Shown here: positions 13,302 to 26,401 of the stretch, piece after piece
How positions within the stretch are numbered: the first letter of the stretch is position 1
Layout: every line of letters begins with the position of its first letter
Source of the DNA: Eledone cirrhosa
Lineage: Eukaryota
Length of the DNA stretch: 64,000 nt
Direction of reading: 5' to 3'
NCBI GenBank assembly: GCA_964016885.1
Contig: OZ024756.1
Span: forward strand, 25,172,001-25,236,000
Notes under the pieces: model-generated
Seen by the model: only the letters and a program-made list of their open reading frames with translations
What the model was told of the DNA's origin: nothing
Database searches by the model: none
Program-made: the position numbers and the translations under genes

Positions 13302-14505
13302 TTACATAGTAGCTGACTGCATTTTTCTGATTAGTTTAACAAAAGCCATTTCTCCAATGGTAATATATCGACAATGTTCTTGAGATACATCAAACGCCAT
13401 ATTCCAGTGAGAAGCTGGAATTACTACGCTTCTGTTCTGTGATTGACTCGTGCAGAACTTTGTGATTAATTTCTGTACTTGTTTGAAGTGATTGAGTTCT
13501 TGGTGGAAGGAAGGTCCTTCTCGAGCGATTCGCTTCCAGAAAACTTCTACGAAATGTTCATATATCATATAATCCGCCATTGATATGTTTCTATGTCTTT
13601 CATAGTCGTCCATCAAAGTTGTGGTCTTCGTGTTTTTACGTGAATTTAATTTTACTGAGAGGATATCTTTCATTGTCCAACAAAGATAACGACGTAGTAG
13701 AATAAGAGATTCATAAAAATATTCGACAATCATAACATAGTCGAAATCTTTATCTAATATTTTTATGTAGTTTTTAATTGCCGTTTTATTCGTAAAATTC
13801 TCTGGAGCGATTCCAAAGTCATATGCCATTCGGTTATTGACAAAATTAAAGGGTATCGGAATTGCAAGTTTATTTGGTTCCTTTAAATAATCTCCGATGG
13901 GATTAACTGAATATTTTTTAAAGCGCTTCACTACGGATTTTCCTGTGCCGTAGTAACTAAACGCAGATATGAACTGTTCAAACGGTTGCCGGACTATAGC
14001 AAGGTAGAAAGTGCCAGAAGGGAATATATTGCGAAAGACGGTTCGGTTGTAAACCGAATGGTTACACAAAATATTGTAACGTTTACCCTTAGGTGGAGGT
14101 ATTATTACGCTTACATCTAAGCTTGATCGCCGATTGAAATAGTTTTGGTTCTTTGGCAAAGCAAAGACCAGTTTATGAAATAATCCATAACGCATTAATA
14201 TATTCATCACGGATGTACTTCCAGCTTTGTGTACTTTTAAAAAGAAAATATCTTGCTGAGGTTTACACTTTTTGTAGTAGCCTGGTCCTCGTTGGAACTC
14301 GGTGTTGTGGTAGGGTTGTTCAGGTGCCAAGGAGGAATAACTCTCGTATTTCGTATTAATATCTCTGACGTTTATAGGCGGGAAGTAATTGCTATAAGCT
14401 TGAAAGTTTGAACGTAATTTCGAATTGGAAGAGCAGTCGTAGGCGCGAAAATATCCATAGAGAAAAATAATATTAACTACCATAAACAGGAGGTAAATCC
14501 GATAT
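13302..14505 (-). CDS. GAL3ST: Galactose-3-O-sulfotransferase (galactosylceramide sulfotransferase-like), paralog B, large terminal coding exon
   Basis: FLKVHKAGSTS, IVRQPFEQFISAF, NNRMAYDFG, ESLILLRRYLCW; colinear with paralog A; TM segment IYLLFMVVNIIFLYGYF; acceptor TTTTTCCTTTTAG precedes 14505 (phase 2), so the ORF-track N-terminus is likely intronic. Confidence 0.9.
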
Positions 14506-14627
14506 CTAAAAGGAAAAATAAGAAAAACACCAGAAAAACAATACAAATAAGAAATCAAGAATGATAAAAACAAGATTTATAAAATATGCATTCATTTATT
14601 TAGAATATTAATTATCTAACATAAGGT

Positions 14628-14657
<30 letters not shown>

Positions 14658-14659
<2 letters not shown>

Positions 14660-17019
14660 TTAAAGGTTAAACAAGGTTCAATGAATAAATCAAAGAATGA
14701 TTTTTACAATAGATTGGAAGCACTTCTGTAGCAATAAAAACACCACTCGCTAATCTATTCTTTAAAGCTTTAGATAATTCCTTCCCTATTCAACATAAAT
14801 ACCGTTCCATATTTAATAGTCACACAATTAAGCTTTATTATTCTACAACTATGAATATGGCCCCAAACATCGCTAAATTAAATAGTTGAATTCTAAACCA
14901 GAATCCGCATACTTATAACAATAATGAATATAATAACACTAACAATATTGATACGATGAATAACATTAACAGCAATATAAGCACTATCAATAGAACATTT
15001 CGAATAATAGTAATATAAATAATAATAGTGTTAATATAAATTATAATAATAATAAATCGAAATGTAATTGTAGAAATAAACCAGATTGCCCTCTGCAAAA
15101 TAATTGTCTAGATAGAAATGTGGTGTATAAATGCACCGTAAAAGCAAATAACATCACATACAACTACATAGGGGCAACTTCTTCGACATTTAAATCGAGA
15201 TTTGGGAATCACAAATGCTCTTTTTCGAATCCTAATAGGAAGTCTTCGACTTCTTTATCACAACTTATATGATTGTAATTATTTATTTATTATATGTATA
15301 TCGTAATTATATGATTGTAATTATTTATTTATTATATGTATATCGTTTCACTAATACCTATAATACTATCTCTATATATTTGAACAAATTTGTTTATCTA
15401 GTATAATAACATGCTCCTGGTTACATTTATAAGTAACTTGGATACTCAAATGACTCTATTGTTATAATTGTTAGATATTTCCTTCATTTTCTAAATTATA
15501 TAACGAGTATTACTTAATTTAATTTAATTTACTTTAATTAAATTCGGGTTACCTTCGGGTCATTCTAATCCTTAGCTCCTCTTTCTATCATCTTCGTAGA
15601 CACTTTAGAAGGGTTGTTAGTCTACTATATAAATAAAAACTCTCTTGCATTTTAAACTATATTTTTTTATATTGGGTACTTTTATGATCGTAAACAATTC
15701 ATTATTTTTACTTTTTTTCACTTTTTATTTTATTTTGAATCTAGTCCTTACACTTAGGACTCATGAAGTTTTGAAGTTTTGATGTTTTGACTTGTATATT
15801 TATAGTATATATCTATTAAATGATCCTATTACAATAATTGATCTAAAACATTAATTTTAACAATATTTTCAGTAACTTATTTATTGTATTGTATTAGATT
15901 ATTGAGAGGTATCATCTTAAGTCTTTGGACAATATAATCTTTGTGCATTTTTTTGATAAACGCATATATATAATTTAATGATGAAGCTTTTTTTAAGTTT
16001 AATTATAAGGCCTGTTGATCCTTTAGGCATTCAAATTGTTAATCTTAAAATTCTTTAAAAATTATAACTGTAATTATTTTCTAAATTATATAATATAAAC
16101 TATTTTCAATATAATATAAATAATTTAATATTATATAATAAATTTAGTAAAGCTTACCTTCGTGAGGTTGTAAAAACATTATGTTTTCTTTCTCGTGTTT
16201 GTAAATCCTTTAAATTTGATTTCATAAAATTTGATTTTATAAATTAAATATGATAGTATACTTTAATATTAATACAGATATTTATTAACTTTTATAACCT
16301 AAAATATTATTCATTACTCTGAACTAACTTAAATTAAATGTTTTGAATGTTAACGGTCAACCAGATATGTTTGGATATATATTGTATATATAGATAATTG
16401 TCTAAAGACTTGGTATTAACCTTCATATGAATACACCCAATTATATTTAAAATTCTGATTGATGAATATTTTTAGATATTTCAATAATTCAATGAATTGA
16501 ATTCTTTCGTTTTCCTAAAGCTAAGCCCAAATGTTGTTCTAATTTAATATCTCCCTATATTATTACATTATAAAAGTTATTCCTCTTTATCTCTCTCTCT
16601 CTGTATCAACTCTCTTTTGTTTTCTAGGCTCCTACTAGCTATATTATCCCCTCATCTGTTTCTTCCTCTATACCTTTCTTTTCTTTCCTCTTTCTTCAGT
16701 AATTTAAATTATTTGAATCTTTAACAGTTTTATTGCTGCCATGTACTCTTTTAAGCTTTCTCACACGCACCCTCTCTATTATATGTATTATATGTGGGGT
16801 TTTTTCATGTTTTCAATATTAAGGTATATAAATATTGAGTTTTGTCATATATTACTCACTACCATGACTGAATCTTAACCATCTACTATGTCAGGGTATG
16901 TCATGCATCATGTTATTTTATCTGATGAGGACGTACTGTTGAAGTTAACTCAGTACCTCTGAAATATGTATAATAAAAGATACTTGATCACAAAAATATC
17001 TATTTTGTTAATATTTTGA

Positions 17020-17022
<3 letters not shown>
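14658..17022 (+). mobile_element. Penelope-like element copy 3 (degenerate, same family as copy 2), with inverted tail at 5' end
   Basis: 14830-15270 encodes disrupted YSTTMNMA..KCNCRNKPDCPLQNNCLD..YIGATS; hammerhead core at 16922; 14658-14735 is the reverse complement of 11490-11562. Confidence 0.78.
16912..16978 (+). ncRNA. Hammerhead ribozyme motif
   Basis: CTGATGA-GG.cGTACTG..CAGTAC.CTCT-GAAA-tatgta; homolog of the 11373 motif with longer stem II. Confidence 0.65.
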
Positions 17023-17066
<44 letters not shown>

Positions 17067-17138
17067 GTTAGAAACTCAGAGTAGTCTCTTACAATTAAAT
17101 AGCTCTAAGAAAAAACCTTTTCCGAACCGTGTAATATA

Positions 17139-17203
17139 ATTGTTTCTACTTTTTGGCACAAGGCCAGCAATTACCCAATGTATTACTGGTACTTTATTTT
17201 ATA
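17139..17203 (-). mobile_element. 5'-truncated SINE with 14-bp TSD
   Basis: GTGTAATATAATTG at 17129-17142 and 17204-17217. Confidence 0.85.
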
Positions 17204-17210
17204 GTGTAAT

Positions 17211-17502
17211 ATAATTGAATAAAGAAAAGAGATGAACACTAATATAAACATACATGTGTTCGAATGGTAAGGACTAGGTTAGCTAGGGTGAAAAAATACT
17301 AACTACAGCAATATGGTTGGTCAGACTTAATTTTAAGTAGTAAATTAAGAAAAATAACAGACCTATATCGGGCAAATAGCCTGTAAGTCTGATAAACCAT
17401 ATTGCTGTAGTTAGTATTTTTTCACCCTAGCTAACCTAGTCCTTACGATTCGAACACATGTATGTTTATATTAGTGTTCATCTCTTTTGTTTATTCAATT
17501 AT
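17211..17502. repeat. Fold-back inverted repeat (about 119-bp arms, 54-bp spacer)
   Basis: 17211-17329 is reverse-complementary to 17384-17502 with a few mismatches. Confidence 0.92.
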
Positions 17503-17589
17503 ATATATATATATATATATATCCACATTAATATTTATGTGCGTGTATCTACATATAGGTATAGATGTGTATATAGATATAGGTATAGA

Positions 17590-17658
<69 letters not shown>

Positions 17659-18980
17659 TCGAATAATAGATGAGGTACCGTAAATACCGCACATTACTAT
17701 CGTTCGATTCATATTTGATATTGATATCTTCGACTTTGATTTCATTGGGAAAGACATGATATATAATAACTTTGAACTTAGGACTTATGAGTCAGAATGG
17801 TACTAGACGACAACAACAACCAGAAGACCACTGTGCTTAGTTTAAAACTCAGTATTTATTGAGAAGTGAAGAAAATGAGATGCCCCATAATAAATCATTA
17901 TTCGAGAATAAATTACTGCACTAAATGAAATGTTTAAAATATCTATAATATATGGTTTGTTTATCCGGTGCTTGACCACATATATATAGAGAAGAGGGGA
18001 GGAGAGAGTGAGAGAGACGGAGAGAGAAAGACGGAGAGAGAGAGACAGAGAGAGAGAGAAAGAGAGAGGATGAGAGAATTAACATATGAGTTGAAGAAGT
18101 ATACATTCTGAGCGAAGTAACAGTTAATGAGTGAGAGTAATAGAGAGGCAAAGAATGTTTAACACACAGATACAGCCACACAAATAATTGTCGTTTGAAG
18201 AAACAACAACGAATTCCAATAACGCCTGTTACGGATGGGTAACTGTAAGTGATGGGGAATTATCCTGAATTTTTTCGTTTTCTCTGGCAACATTTCCAGC
18301 GGCCAAGTAGACTGGGGCACCAATACGTTGGGACACTAACAACTGAATAATAGAATGAACTCTATATATAATGAACACAACCACAAGGATATGGTCCGAA
18401 CGTGGAAGAGCCGAAATCCCACTGTCATCGCCTCCATCTCTCTCGCCCTCCCCTATCTCTCTGTATGGTGGGCTATAAGTTATTTTCTTTTCACGCTTTT
18501 TTTCGCTGATCAGACCTATGATTAAATGAGTTCCAGCCATGACCACCCAGACTTTTCTTTTTTCATGAAATTGAACATAGCAAAAAAAATATTATAATAA
18601 TTATTTCTACATTTGGTGCAAGGCCAGCAATTTGATGGGAAGGGATAAGTCGAAAGAATTTAATCAATCAAATCGATCCAAATACTTATTTGTTTCAAGT
18701 CTGGTACTATCAATATATATTTGTTGAACAGCTAAGTTACTGGAAGTAATCAAATAAACTGTAAACGTAATGCCTAATGCCCCCACCACCACACACCCGT
18801 CGGTCCTGACATCAAATGTTCTAGTTGTTCCCAAAACAGAACAACTTTCTCGTGAAATTAACGTACAGGTAACTGTACATTCCACAGACATAGTTTACGG
18901 AGAGATTCAGCGTAATAGTGTCTGTGACAAGGCTGCCCCTTTTGAATTACAGGTACAACTAATTATTATTATTATTGTCT

Positions 18981-19437
18981 GGCGGTGGTGGATTGGCAGT
19001 ATCGGTAGATGGTCGGACGCCATGCTTTCCAGCATAGTTACGACCCTTTAAGATCTGAGTTCAAATCCCGCCGAGGTTGACTTTGCCTTTCATCCTTACG
19101 GGGTCGATAAAATAAAGTACCAGTAATGCACTGGGTAATTGCTGGCCTTGTGCCTAAAGTAGAAACAATTATTATTGTCAGATTGTCCGTATCGGTAGAG
19201 GCTCGGACGCCATGCTTTGTAGCATAGCTTTACGCCCCTTTACGATGTGAGTTCATATCCCGCCATATATTGCCTTTCATCCTTATAGGGTCGATAAAAT
19301 AAAGTACCAGTCACGCACTGGGGTCGATTTAATCAACTTTCCCCTCCCCAAAATTGCTGGCCTTATGCCTATATAAGAAATCATTATTGGCAGGCGGTGG
19401 ATCGGCCGTATCGGTAGAGGGTCGGACGCCATGCTTT
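18981..19437 (+). mobile_element. Head-to-tail cluster of three SINE copies (18981-19177, 19180-19388, 5' fragment 19394-19437)
   Basis: Repeated A/B boxes, core and (ATT)n tails. Confidence 0.88.
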
Positions 19438-19810
19438 TTTATTTTTGCTGACAATGCGACAGTGGAAGTCGAATACTCTAACCACTAAGCCACGTGTTTT
19501 TTACTGATGGCACTGTACACACACACACACACAATCTGGATAGAGAGACAAAAAGGTAGTCTGATAAACACAGACAAAATAGACAAGTGTCTTGCACAAG
19601 TGGATAACGAGTCACTGGAAATCGAACTCATAACCTTACTATCGTGACTCGTACACCCTTACCGCTAAGCCACACACATTCTCCACACGTAGAATCCAAT
19701 ATTTAAGCAGAGGCTGTAATTGAGAGGTGAGTATATTTGACTGGTAGCCATTGTAACTAATTATAATAAAAGTAAAAGTAAAATTTAACTTCGGCATAGC
19801 TGTATACATA

Positions 19811-20170
19811 CATGTATGTGAATTTCGTATATCTAAAGATACACCGTATGTTTGAAAGCCTAGCTAGGAATATTGAAAGTTAAACCAACTTATACAGCTT
19901 CACATACAAATGAGACTAATCAGCTCACCTACAGAGGCGAAAAATCTATATATTTTTCACCTGTTTCAAGTTCCAGCAGTGAACAAGGGGAAGCACTGTC
20001 CTAATGAGAGTCATTAGCTCGAAATGCATAGAGAGTTATCCCCCGCTGTTTCTGCTGAAATCAGCTAGACGTCGCTGGCCGTCAGCCTTTCAATTATCAT
20101 AGCTATGCTTTCAAAATATTTATCTATTAAACATACCGTATATATTTAGATATATGAAATTCACATACAT
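19811..20170 (+). mobile_element. Element with diverged inverted termini (about 65 bp) and internal degenerate hammerhead
   Basis: TATGTGAATTTCGTATATCTAAA vs TTTAGATATATGAAATTCACATA; CTAATGA-GAG..CTC-GAAA-TGCATA at 20001-20030. Confidence 0.6.
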
Positions 20171-20374
20171 ACATACACCACCCTCCCATATATATATACA
20201 TTTAATATACTGTTTCCTCTACGATATGTGGTTCTTTCTCTCTATAAATATACATATATCTTTTTCATTTGATTTATTATGGCTCTGGATAATTTCTATT
20301 GAGCTTGATTATTGAGAAACACAAAACTCTAACATATTTGATCTGTTTTAATTCATATATATATAATAATACTC

Positions 20375-20611
20375 ATAAAAAGGACGATTTGTTATATCTT
20401 CATTACGTTTATTGAGTAGTGACGCGCGTTTCGCTATTGATCAGCTCAAGGTTCGATTTGTTGTGGTAATTATCACAACAGAGGTCCGACGAGTTTTTGA
20501 TTCTAGAATCGGCCTAGATCGATACAGATCGAACCTTGAGCTGATCAATAGAGAAACGCGCGTCACTACTCAATAAACGTAATGAAGACATAACAAATTG
20601 TCCTTTTTTAT
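20375..20611. repeat. Fold-back inverted repeat (about 87-bp arms, about 62-bp spacer)
   Basis: 20375-20461 vs 20524-20611; arms contain GAAACGCGCGTC followed by AATAAA. Confidence 0.9.
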
Positions 20612-20627
20612 CATTATTATTATTACA

Positions 20628-20730
20628 AGGTTGACTTTGCCTTTCATCCTTACGGGGTCGACAAAATAAAGTACCAGTAATGAACTGGGTAATTGCTGGC
20701 CTTGTGCCTAAAGTAGAAACAATTATTATT
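20628..20730 (+). mobile_element. 5'-truncated SINE in (ATT)n
   Basis: Core and tail match. Confidence 0.85.
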
Positions 20731-20796
20731 ACACTCTATACTTACTGTGCATCGAGTGCTCACTCTGGTGAACCTATAGTAACTTGACGTTATAAT

Positions 20797-20884
<88 letters not shown>

Positions 20885-20886
<2 letters not shown>

Positions 20887-21175
20887 GATATTAATAAATG
20901 GAAACTATATTTATAAAACCATATTTATTTCATTATACATATTTCAGGGATACCAAATTAAATTATGGTATGCCTTCATCAGACAAAATGCAATATATAA
21001 CAGTTTTACAAATAAGCTTTGACGTACCCTATTAAATTGCAACCATTATTTTTGGAAGCCATCCGGATAGTGAGTTGTTTATATTATTTTAATAAGTCAT
21101 AGTGTATCTACTCCAAATACTTGTCGAGTGCTTTATATCAGTTATAAAAATATTTACTTGTTGTATCCCAACTAT
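20885..21175 (-). mobile_element. PLE-type mini-element with hammerhead motif (related copy 51110-51285)
   Basis: Minus strand 20984-20935: CTGATGA-AGGcATACCA..TGGTATccCT-GAAA-tatgta; TA-flanked. Confidence 0.7.
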
Positions 21176-21193
21176 TTTAAATAGAACTTTTGC

Positions 21194-21233
<40 letters not shown>

Positions 21234-21290
21234 GAAAATGTGTGAGATCCTTGGTACAGTTAGGTATATTTGAAAAAAGGAAAAGAACGA

Positions 21291-21604
21291 CTTCACATGT
21301 AGTTGGTATTCTATAACAATTTAATTTCATATAACATGTTAATTTTGTTATTCTATAACAATTTAATTTCATAATTTTATAATTTTATAATTTTAACATA
21401 GTAAAATTATATATTCAGTGGAAATTTTTTCTTAAAACTCCTGGTTAACTTTCAGAAGAACTTTCTCGCATTCGTCGATGGCGATTGTCAAACTTCCACC
21501 GAAGTTAACAAAAGACTTACTAGATCTACATAGAAAAATTATGAAGTTATAAATTTGTAAAATTATTAAATTAAATTGTTATAGAATACCAACTACAAGT
21601 GAAG
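21291..21604. repeat. Inverted repeat (about 45-bp arms)
   Basis: CTTCACATGTAGTTGGTATTCTATAACAATTTAATTT vs AAATTAAATTGTTATAGAATACCAACTACAAGTGAAG. Confidence 0.8.
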
Positions 21605-21649
21605 TTATTCTTTCCCTTTTTTTTTCAAATATATATGTTTATATATATA

Positions 21650-22560
21650 AATATCTTTAAGTCGTTTGGAAGCCTCGACAATGCAAATGGGTAAATCTCC
21701 GGGTAATAAGGTCCGGTGGTGGAGAGAGAGAGATGTAAGTGGGTGTACGTTGAGATGCGTGGTGTGTATAAGATGTGTGAGATGTGTAGAATGAAGGGAA
21801 GAGTATAAAGGATAAAAATAAAAATAACAACACAAGAGAGAGTTACCTTGGGAGAGATTTAATAGTCCCTATATATTTCGGATTCACATCCATCAACTGG
21901 GGTTTTTTTTCCGGGGTGGGGGAAAAGGTTGTCTGTCGGACAAGTCCGGAACGCGTCTTTCGCTGTTTTTTGTTTTGAATATCTGAGGTATTCGGCAGAG
22001 CGCGCGTCCGGGTGAAATGGGGTCGGTCGTACAGAGGTCAGCGACCGAATGAGGGAGTGGGATGGCGCTAGCTGTCAGTCCATTCTCTGCCTGTTTGTTA
22101 AATGTTACTGTGTGTGTGTGTGCGTGTGTTGTCTCGCTTGAGTTAAATGTTACTGTGTGTGTGTGTGCGTGTGTTGTTGTCTCGCTTGAGTGTGTGTTGT
22201 GTGTGTTGTTGCCTTGTTCATCTGTATTGGCAGTGTAGTATGTTCGTATGGTGGAATGCTACTGTGTGCGTGTGTGTAGTTGTCTCGTTTCCGTGTGTGT
22301 GTGTGTGCGTGTGTTGTGTGTTGTTGCATCGCTTAACTTAAACCAGCCATTTCATTTCGCTTCTCTCTGATTGGTTGTTTATTTGCGGTTGCAGTCGTTT
22401 GATAAAAAGCGCTTCCTTGATACGTAACGTGCCGACGTTTCTTTCAGTCGCTAGAATTGTGACAATGGGCCTTCCGTCTTTGTTTCCGCATTTGTCTATG
22501 TGTTTCCGGAAAGACGAGGCCCTTGTTTTATATATATTGTTATACTTTGGAAGGCTCATG
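21650..22560 (-). mobile_element. Penelope-like element 3' end (GIY-YIG C-terminus, UTR, hammerhead-like motif); related copy about 25498-26030
   Basis: ORF 22338-22559 ends LRIKEALFIKRLQPQIN (PLE endonuclease C-terminal pattern); minus-strand TTGAT-GGAT-gtga-ATCC-GAAA at 21875-21897; 21660-21900 resembles 25500-25730. Confidence 0.7.
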
Positions 22561-22928
22561 CTGCCAATAAAAACCTTTTGGTTTTCACTTCAATTTATTA
22601 TAAGTTTCCGGTTGGTTGGTTGGTTGGTTCGATAACCAGAAGGTTGTTTATATATTGCCAAAGCTCTTTCGTCACACATTCTGTGACCTCTTCGGTGACA
22701 AGGTTTATATTGTGTGTCCCTCCTTTGTTCTGTCCTAGACCATCTTGTTTTTGTGTGTTGTGTGTATAATAAATTGAAGTGAAAACAACAGGTGCGTGTG
22801 TTTTTATTGGCAACATGGCCCTCCCAAAGTTTAATAATATGTTTCAACACACGTTTTCAGATAAGAAATCTCGCAAAACAAATTCAAAAACGAATTATAT
22901 ATATATGTATATATAGGAAAAGTATATA

Positions 22929-22969
<41 letters not shown>

Positions 22970-22972
<3 letters not shown>

Positions 22973-23180
22973 AGACTAGGGTTAGCTGAACATGCTCACC
23001 GACATCCAGAGTTGACACTACACTCAGTGCTCCCATGCGAGCCTCTGCATGGACACATTGGACGAGGAAGACCGAGGTTAACATATGTTGATGCCCTAAG
23101 GACAGACACTGGTCTCTTGGAGACGCAGGACATGGCAGTGATAATGAGGGACACAGATCGCTGGAGAGAACTCGCCCTGA
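22970..23180 (+). mobile_element. RTE-clade LINE 3' fragment
   Basis: Translates as RRLGLAEHAHRH..HG..GRGRPRLTYVD.L..DTG...DRWR, typical RTE C-terminus. Confidence 0.65.
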
Positions 23181-23247
23181 CTATCCCAACACCTAACCCT
23201 CACTCAATTCACCCCACCTCAATACTTTTCTCTCTAAATCACCAAAT

Positions 23248-23670
23248 AATGGTTTCTGAATTAGACACAAAGCTAGCACTTTCGGGGAGGTGAAAGTCGA
23301 TTAAATCAATCCTAGTGCATTACTCGTGCTCTATTTTATCGACCCCGTAAGGATGAAAGGCAAAGTTAACCTCGGTGGGATTTTAAAACAGAACGCAAAG
23401 GGCTGTAACTCTATGCCGTGAAGTATGTTCTCCGACCCTCTACCGATACTGCCAATCCACCGCCCTTAAATCACCAAATAATTGTTTCTACTTTTGGCAC
23501 AAGGCCAGCAATTACCCAGTACATTACTGGTACTTTATTTTATCGACCCCGTAAGGATGAAAGGCAAAGTTAACCTCGGCGGGATTTGAACTCAGAATGG
23601 CAAGGGCTGTAACTCTATGCGTCAAAGCATGGCGTCCGACCCTCTACCGATACTGCCAATCCACCGCCCT
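23248..23670 (-). mobile_element. Two SINEs of different subtypes (23248-23466, 23480-23670) at one target site
   Basis: TAAATCACCAAATAAT at 23235-23250, 23467-23482 and 23671-23686. Confidence 0.9.
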
Positions 23671-24158
23671 TAAATCACCAAATAATGACACCTGTTTATC
23701 TCTTTCTAATTTGATTTGTACAGGGTTTTTTTATGTATACAGACTATTACCGTCCCACTTTCACTCCCGACATATTCCAAGACTATATTAACAGGAAGAC
23801 TGTGAAACTCGGTCAAACAGCTGATCATTAGAGTTACAAGAACTACAAGTTATAACATATTTGTTTATTAAAAATAACAATCATTTTTATCATTTTTCAT
23901 ATATGCATGCGAAAAGTAAACAGAAAACAAGACAGCAAAACGATACAGTATAATGAAAATACATATTAACTTAACGCTTGATATAGTAGGGAAAGAGCCT
24001 TAACCACTCGGACATTAGTCCTTCTTCGGAAGATAGAATGAAAAATAAAAGAAATAGAAAAATAGTTAAAATAAAAGAAATAGATAAAAGTTAGTGAGAA
24101 GAGAAAGAAACGGATTTTTTTTTTTAAGAGAAAGCACATATGTATTTTATATTCTTAC

Positions 24159-24190
24159 CTGCCTAACGCTACTGAAATAATCGAAGTCAT
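24159..24190 (-). CDS. Putative first coding exon of GAL3ST paralog B (MTSIISVALG-R)
   Basis: ATG + 10 codons + AG, then strong donor CAG|GTAAGA; phase 2 joins 14505 in frame to give MTSIISVALGRYRIYLLFMVVNIIFLY; lies in an apparently non-repetitive stretch. Confidence 0.55.
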
Positions 24191-25248
24191 ACCAGATTCC
24201 TTCTGACAATTCTAAGATAAAATATCGTTGTCTATTCTTTATCCACAAATTTGTTCTGGTAGTTACCCTCCGTTGTTTTCCTTGTTTACTTCTGTTTCAG
24301 TCGGTTCTGTTGTTTTATTTCGTTAGGAATTTGTTGCGGTAGTGTAGAATTTTAAATGCAACTTAACTTCCTATATGAATTTATTTTATCATTTAATTCA
24401 ATTTTTACTGAATTCACTCCCTAACTTCCTAAAAGTTAACTTAATTACAGTCTGTTCCTCTTTATATGATATCTATCCTAAACGTAATTTCTTATGTTCT
24501 AAAAGTCTTCCAAGTTTTCTCCCAGAACATCAGTGAATAAGACTTTGAATGTGTAACATATGGTGATAGTCTGCTGCTACAGCAAATTAATTGATTTATG
24601 TTATTGATCCATAAGGTTTGCTCTTTTTCTTTCTTTCTTTCTTTCTTTTTTTCTGTAAATCGAACTTTTAATACAATTTTATCAAGTTCCAACATTCACT
24701 CTACCGAAAAACGTAAATGGTTGTTCATTTCGAACTTCGAATACAATTTGAACCATTTCAAACATGCAAAAGTTTTATTCTACAGATAAACATCTTACAA
24801 TCCATTGATCGAACATCTATATATCTATATATTACTAAAGTATGTCATTGCTTGCTTGCATGCTTGTCTGTAATGTAATACAGCCAAAAGGGGGCATAAT
24901 GGGAAAATATTTTGAAAGGAAGTTGCCCCTGAAATAGGAATACAAATGGAATAAAACAAGTTTCGCGTAAATCGAAGAACGAGTTCCCGAGATATGGGGT
25001 TTACTGGGTACCTTCATAAACAAAGAGTGAGAAAGATAGAGAGGAAGAGTTAGTGGTTGTGAGAGAGTAGATTGAAAGAGAGACATATAGAGAGAGGGAG
25101 AGGAGACAGAGAAGGAGAATGGAAGAGAGCTGGTGGTTTTGTTGTGTGTATATATATATATATGTGAGTGTGTATGTCTATGACCAGTGTATATAGATCA
25201 CAGACACCCATATATATATATATATATATATACTCACATACATACATA

Positions 25249-25315
<67 letters not shown>

Positions 25316-25347
25316 ATTATATATATATTATATATATATATTATATA

Positions 25348-25387
<40 letters not shown>

Positions 25388-25394
25388 TAATATA

Positions 25395-25502
<108 letters not shown>

Positions 25503-26026
25503 GTCGTTTTGGAAGCCTCAACAATGCAGATAGGTAAATCTCCAGGTAACAGAATCAGGTGGTAATGAGAGAGATGTAAGAGTAATTGTAGAATGAGACG
25601 TAGAGGGTGTAGTGGAACGTAGGAAAGAGTGCAAAAATAATAACACGAGATATTATATATATATATATTACCTTTGAAGTAATTTAATTGTCCCTATATT
25701 TCGGATTTCGCATCCATCAACTGGGGATTTCCGAGGGGCAAAGTTTTTAGTCGGAGAGGAACAACACATGGCCTCTGTTGCCTATCGTATGTGTACAACT
25801 GAACTACTCTGTAGGGCGGGCAGCCCGCAGAATAGCTGCGGTCAGATAAAGGTCCAGGCAGTTCTTCTATACTAGAGTAGTGAGGTGGTGTTGTGTCAGT
25901 GCGTACGTATCTTCGCTGTCAATTTCTTAAATTCAGTCTTTGATACTGGCAGGTGTGGTGTTGTATTAGTAATCTGCTTGATAGTTGTTTGTTGGTCGGT
26001 GGATGGTGGACACGCTATACACACAT

Positions 26027-26051
<25 letters not shown>

Positions 26052-26057
<6 letters not shown>

Positions 26058-26287
26058 AGAAATGTTAGCTATCGCCGTATTTTGACTAAAGAAATAAAAA
26101 AAATTATTTAGCCTGATAGTGGGGTTAAGAACCCTCGGAGAAATGGAAAAAGATGAGTATTGACTCCCATGTACGTCAATACTCATCTTTTTCCATTTCT
26201 CCGAGGGTTCTTAACCCCACTATCAGGCTAAATAATTTCTTTAATTTCTTTAGTCAAAATACGGCGATAGCCAACATTTCTAATAAT
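26052..26287. repeat. Fold-back inverted repeat (113-bp arms, 10-bp spacer), next to (TA)n
   Basis: 26052-26164 vs 26175-26287, few mismatches. Confidence 0.93.
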
Positions 26288-26341
26288 TTCAAATCAACTC
26301 GCTGTTTCGAAAATATTCTGACATATATATATATACATACA

Positions 26342-26401
<60 letters not shown>

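Noticed and set aside
14506-14573. ORF-track N-terminal extension of paralog B (MFLSFLISYLYCF..)
   Set aside because: Non-ATG start inside a polypyrimidine tract ending in a good acceptor; probably intron
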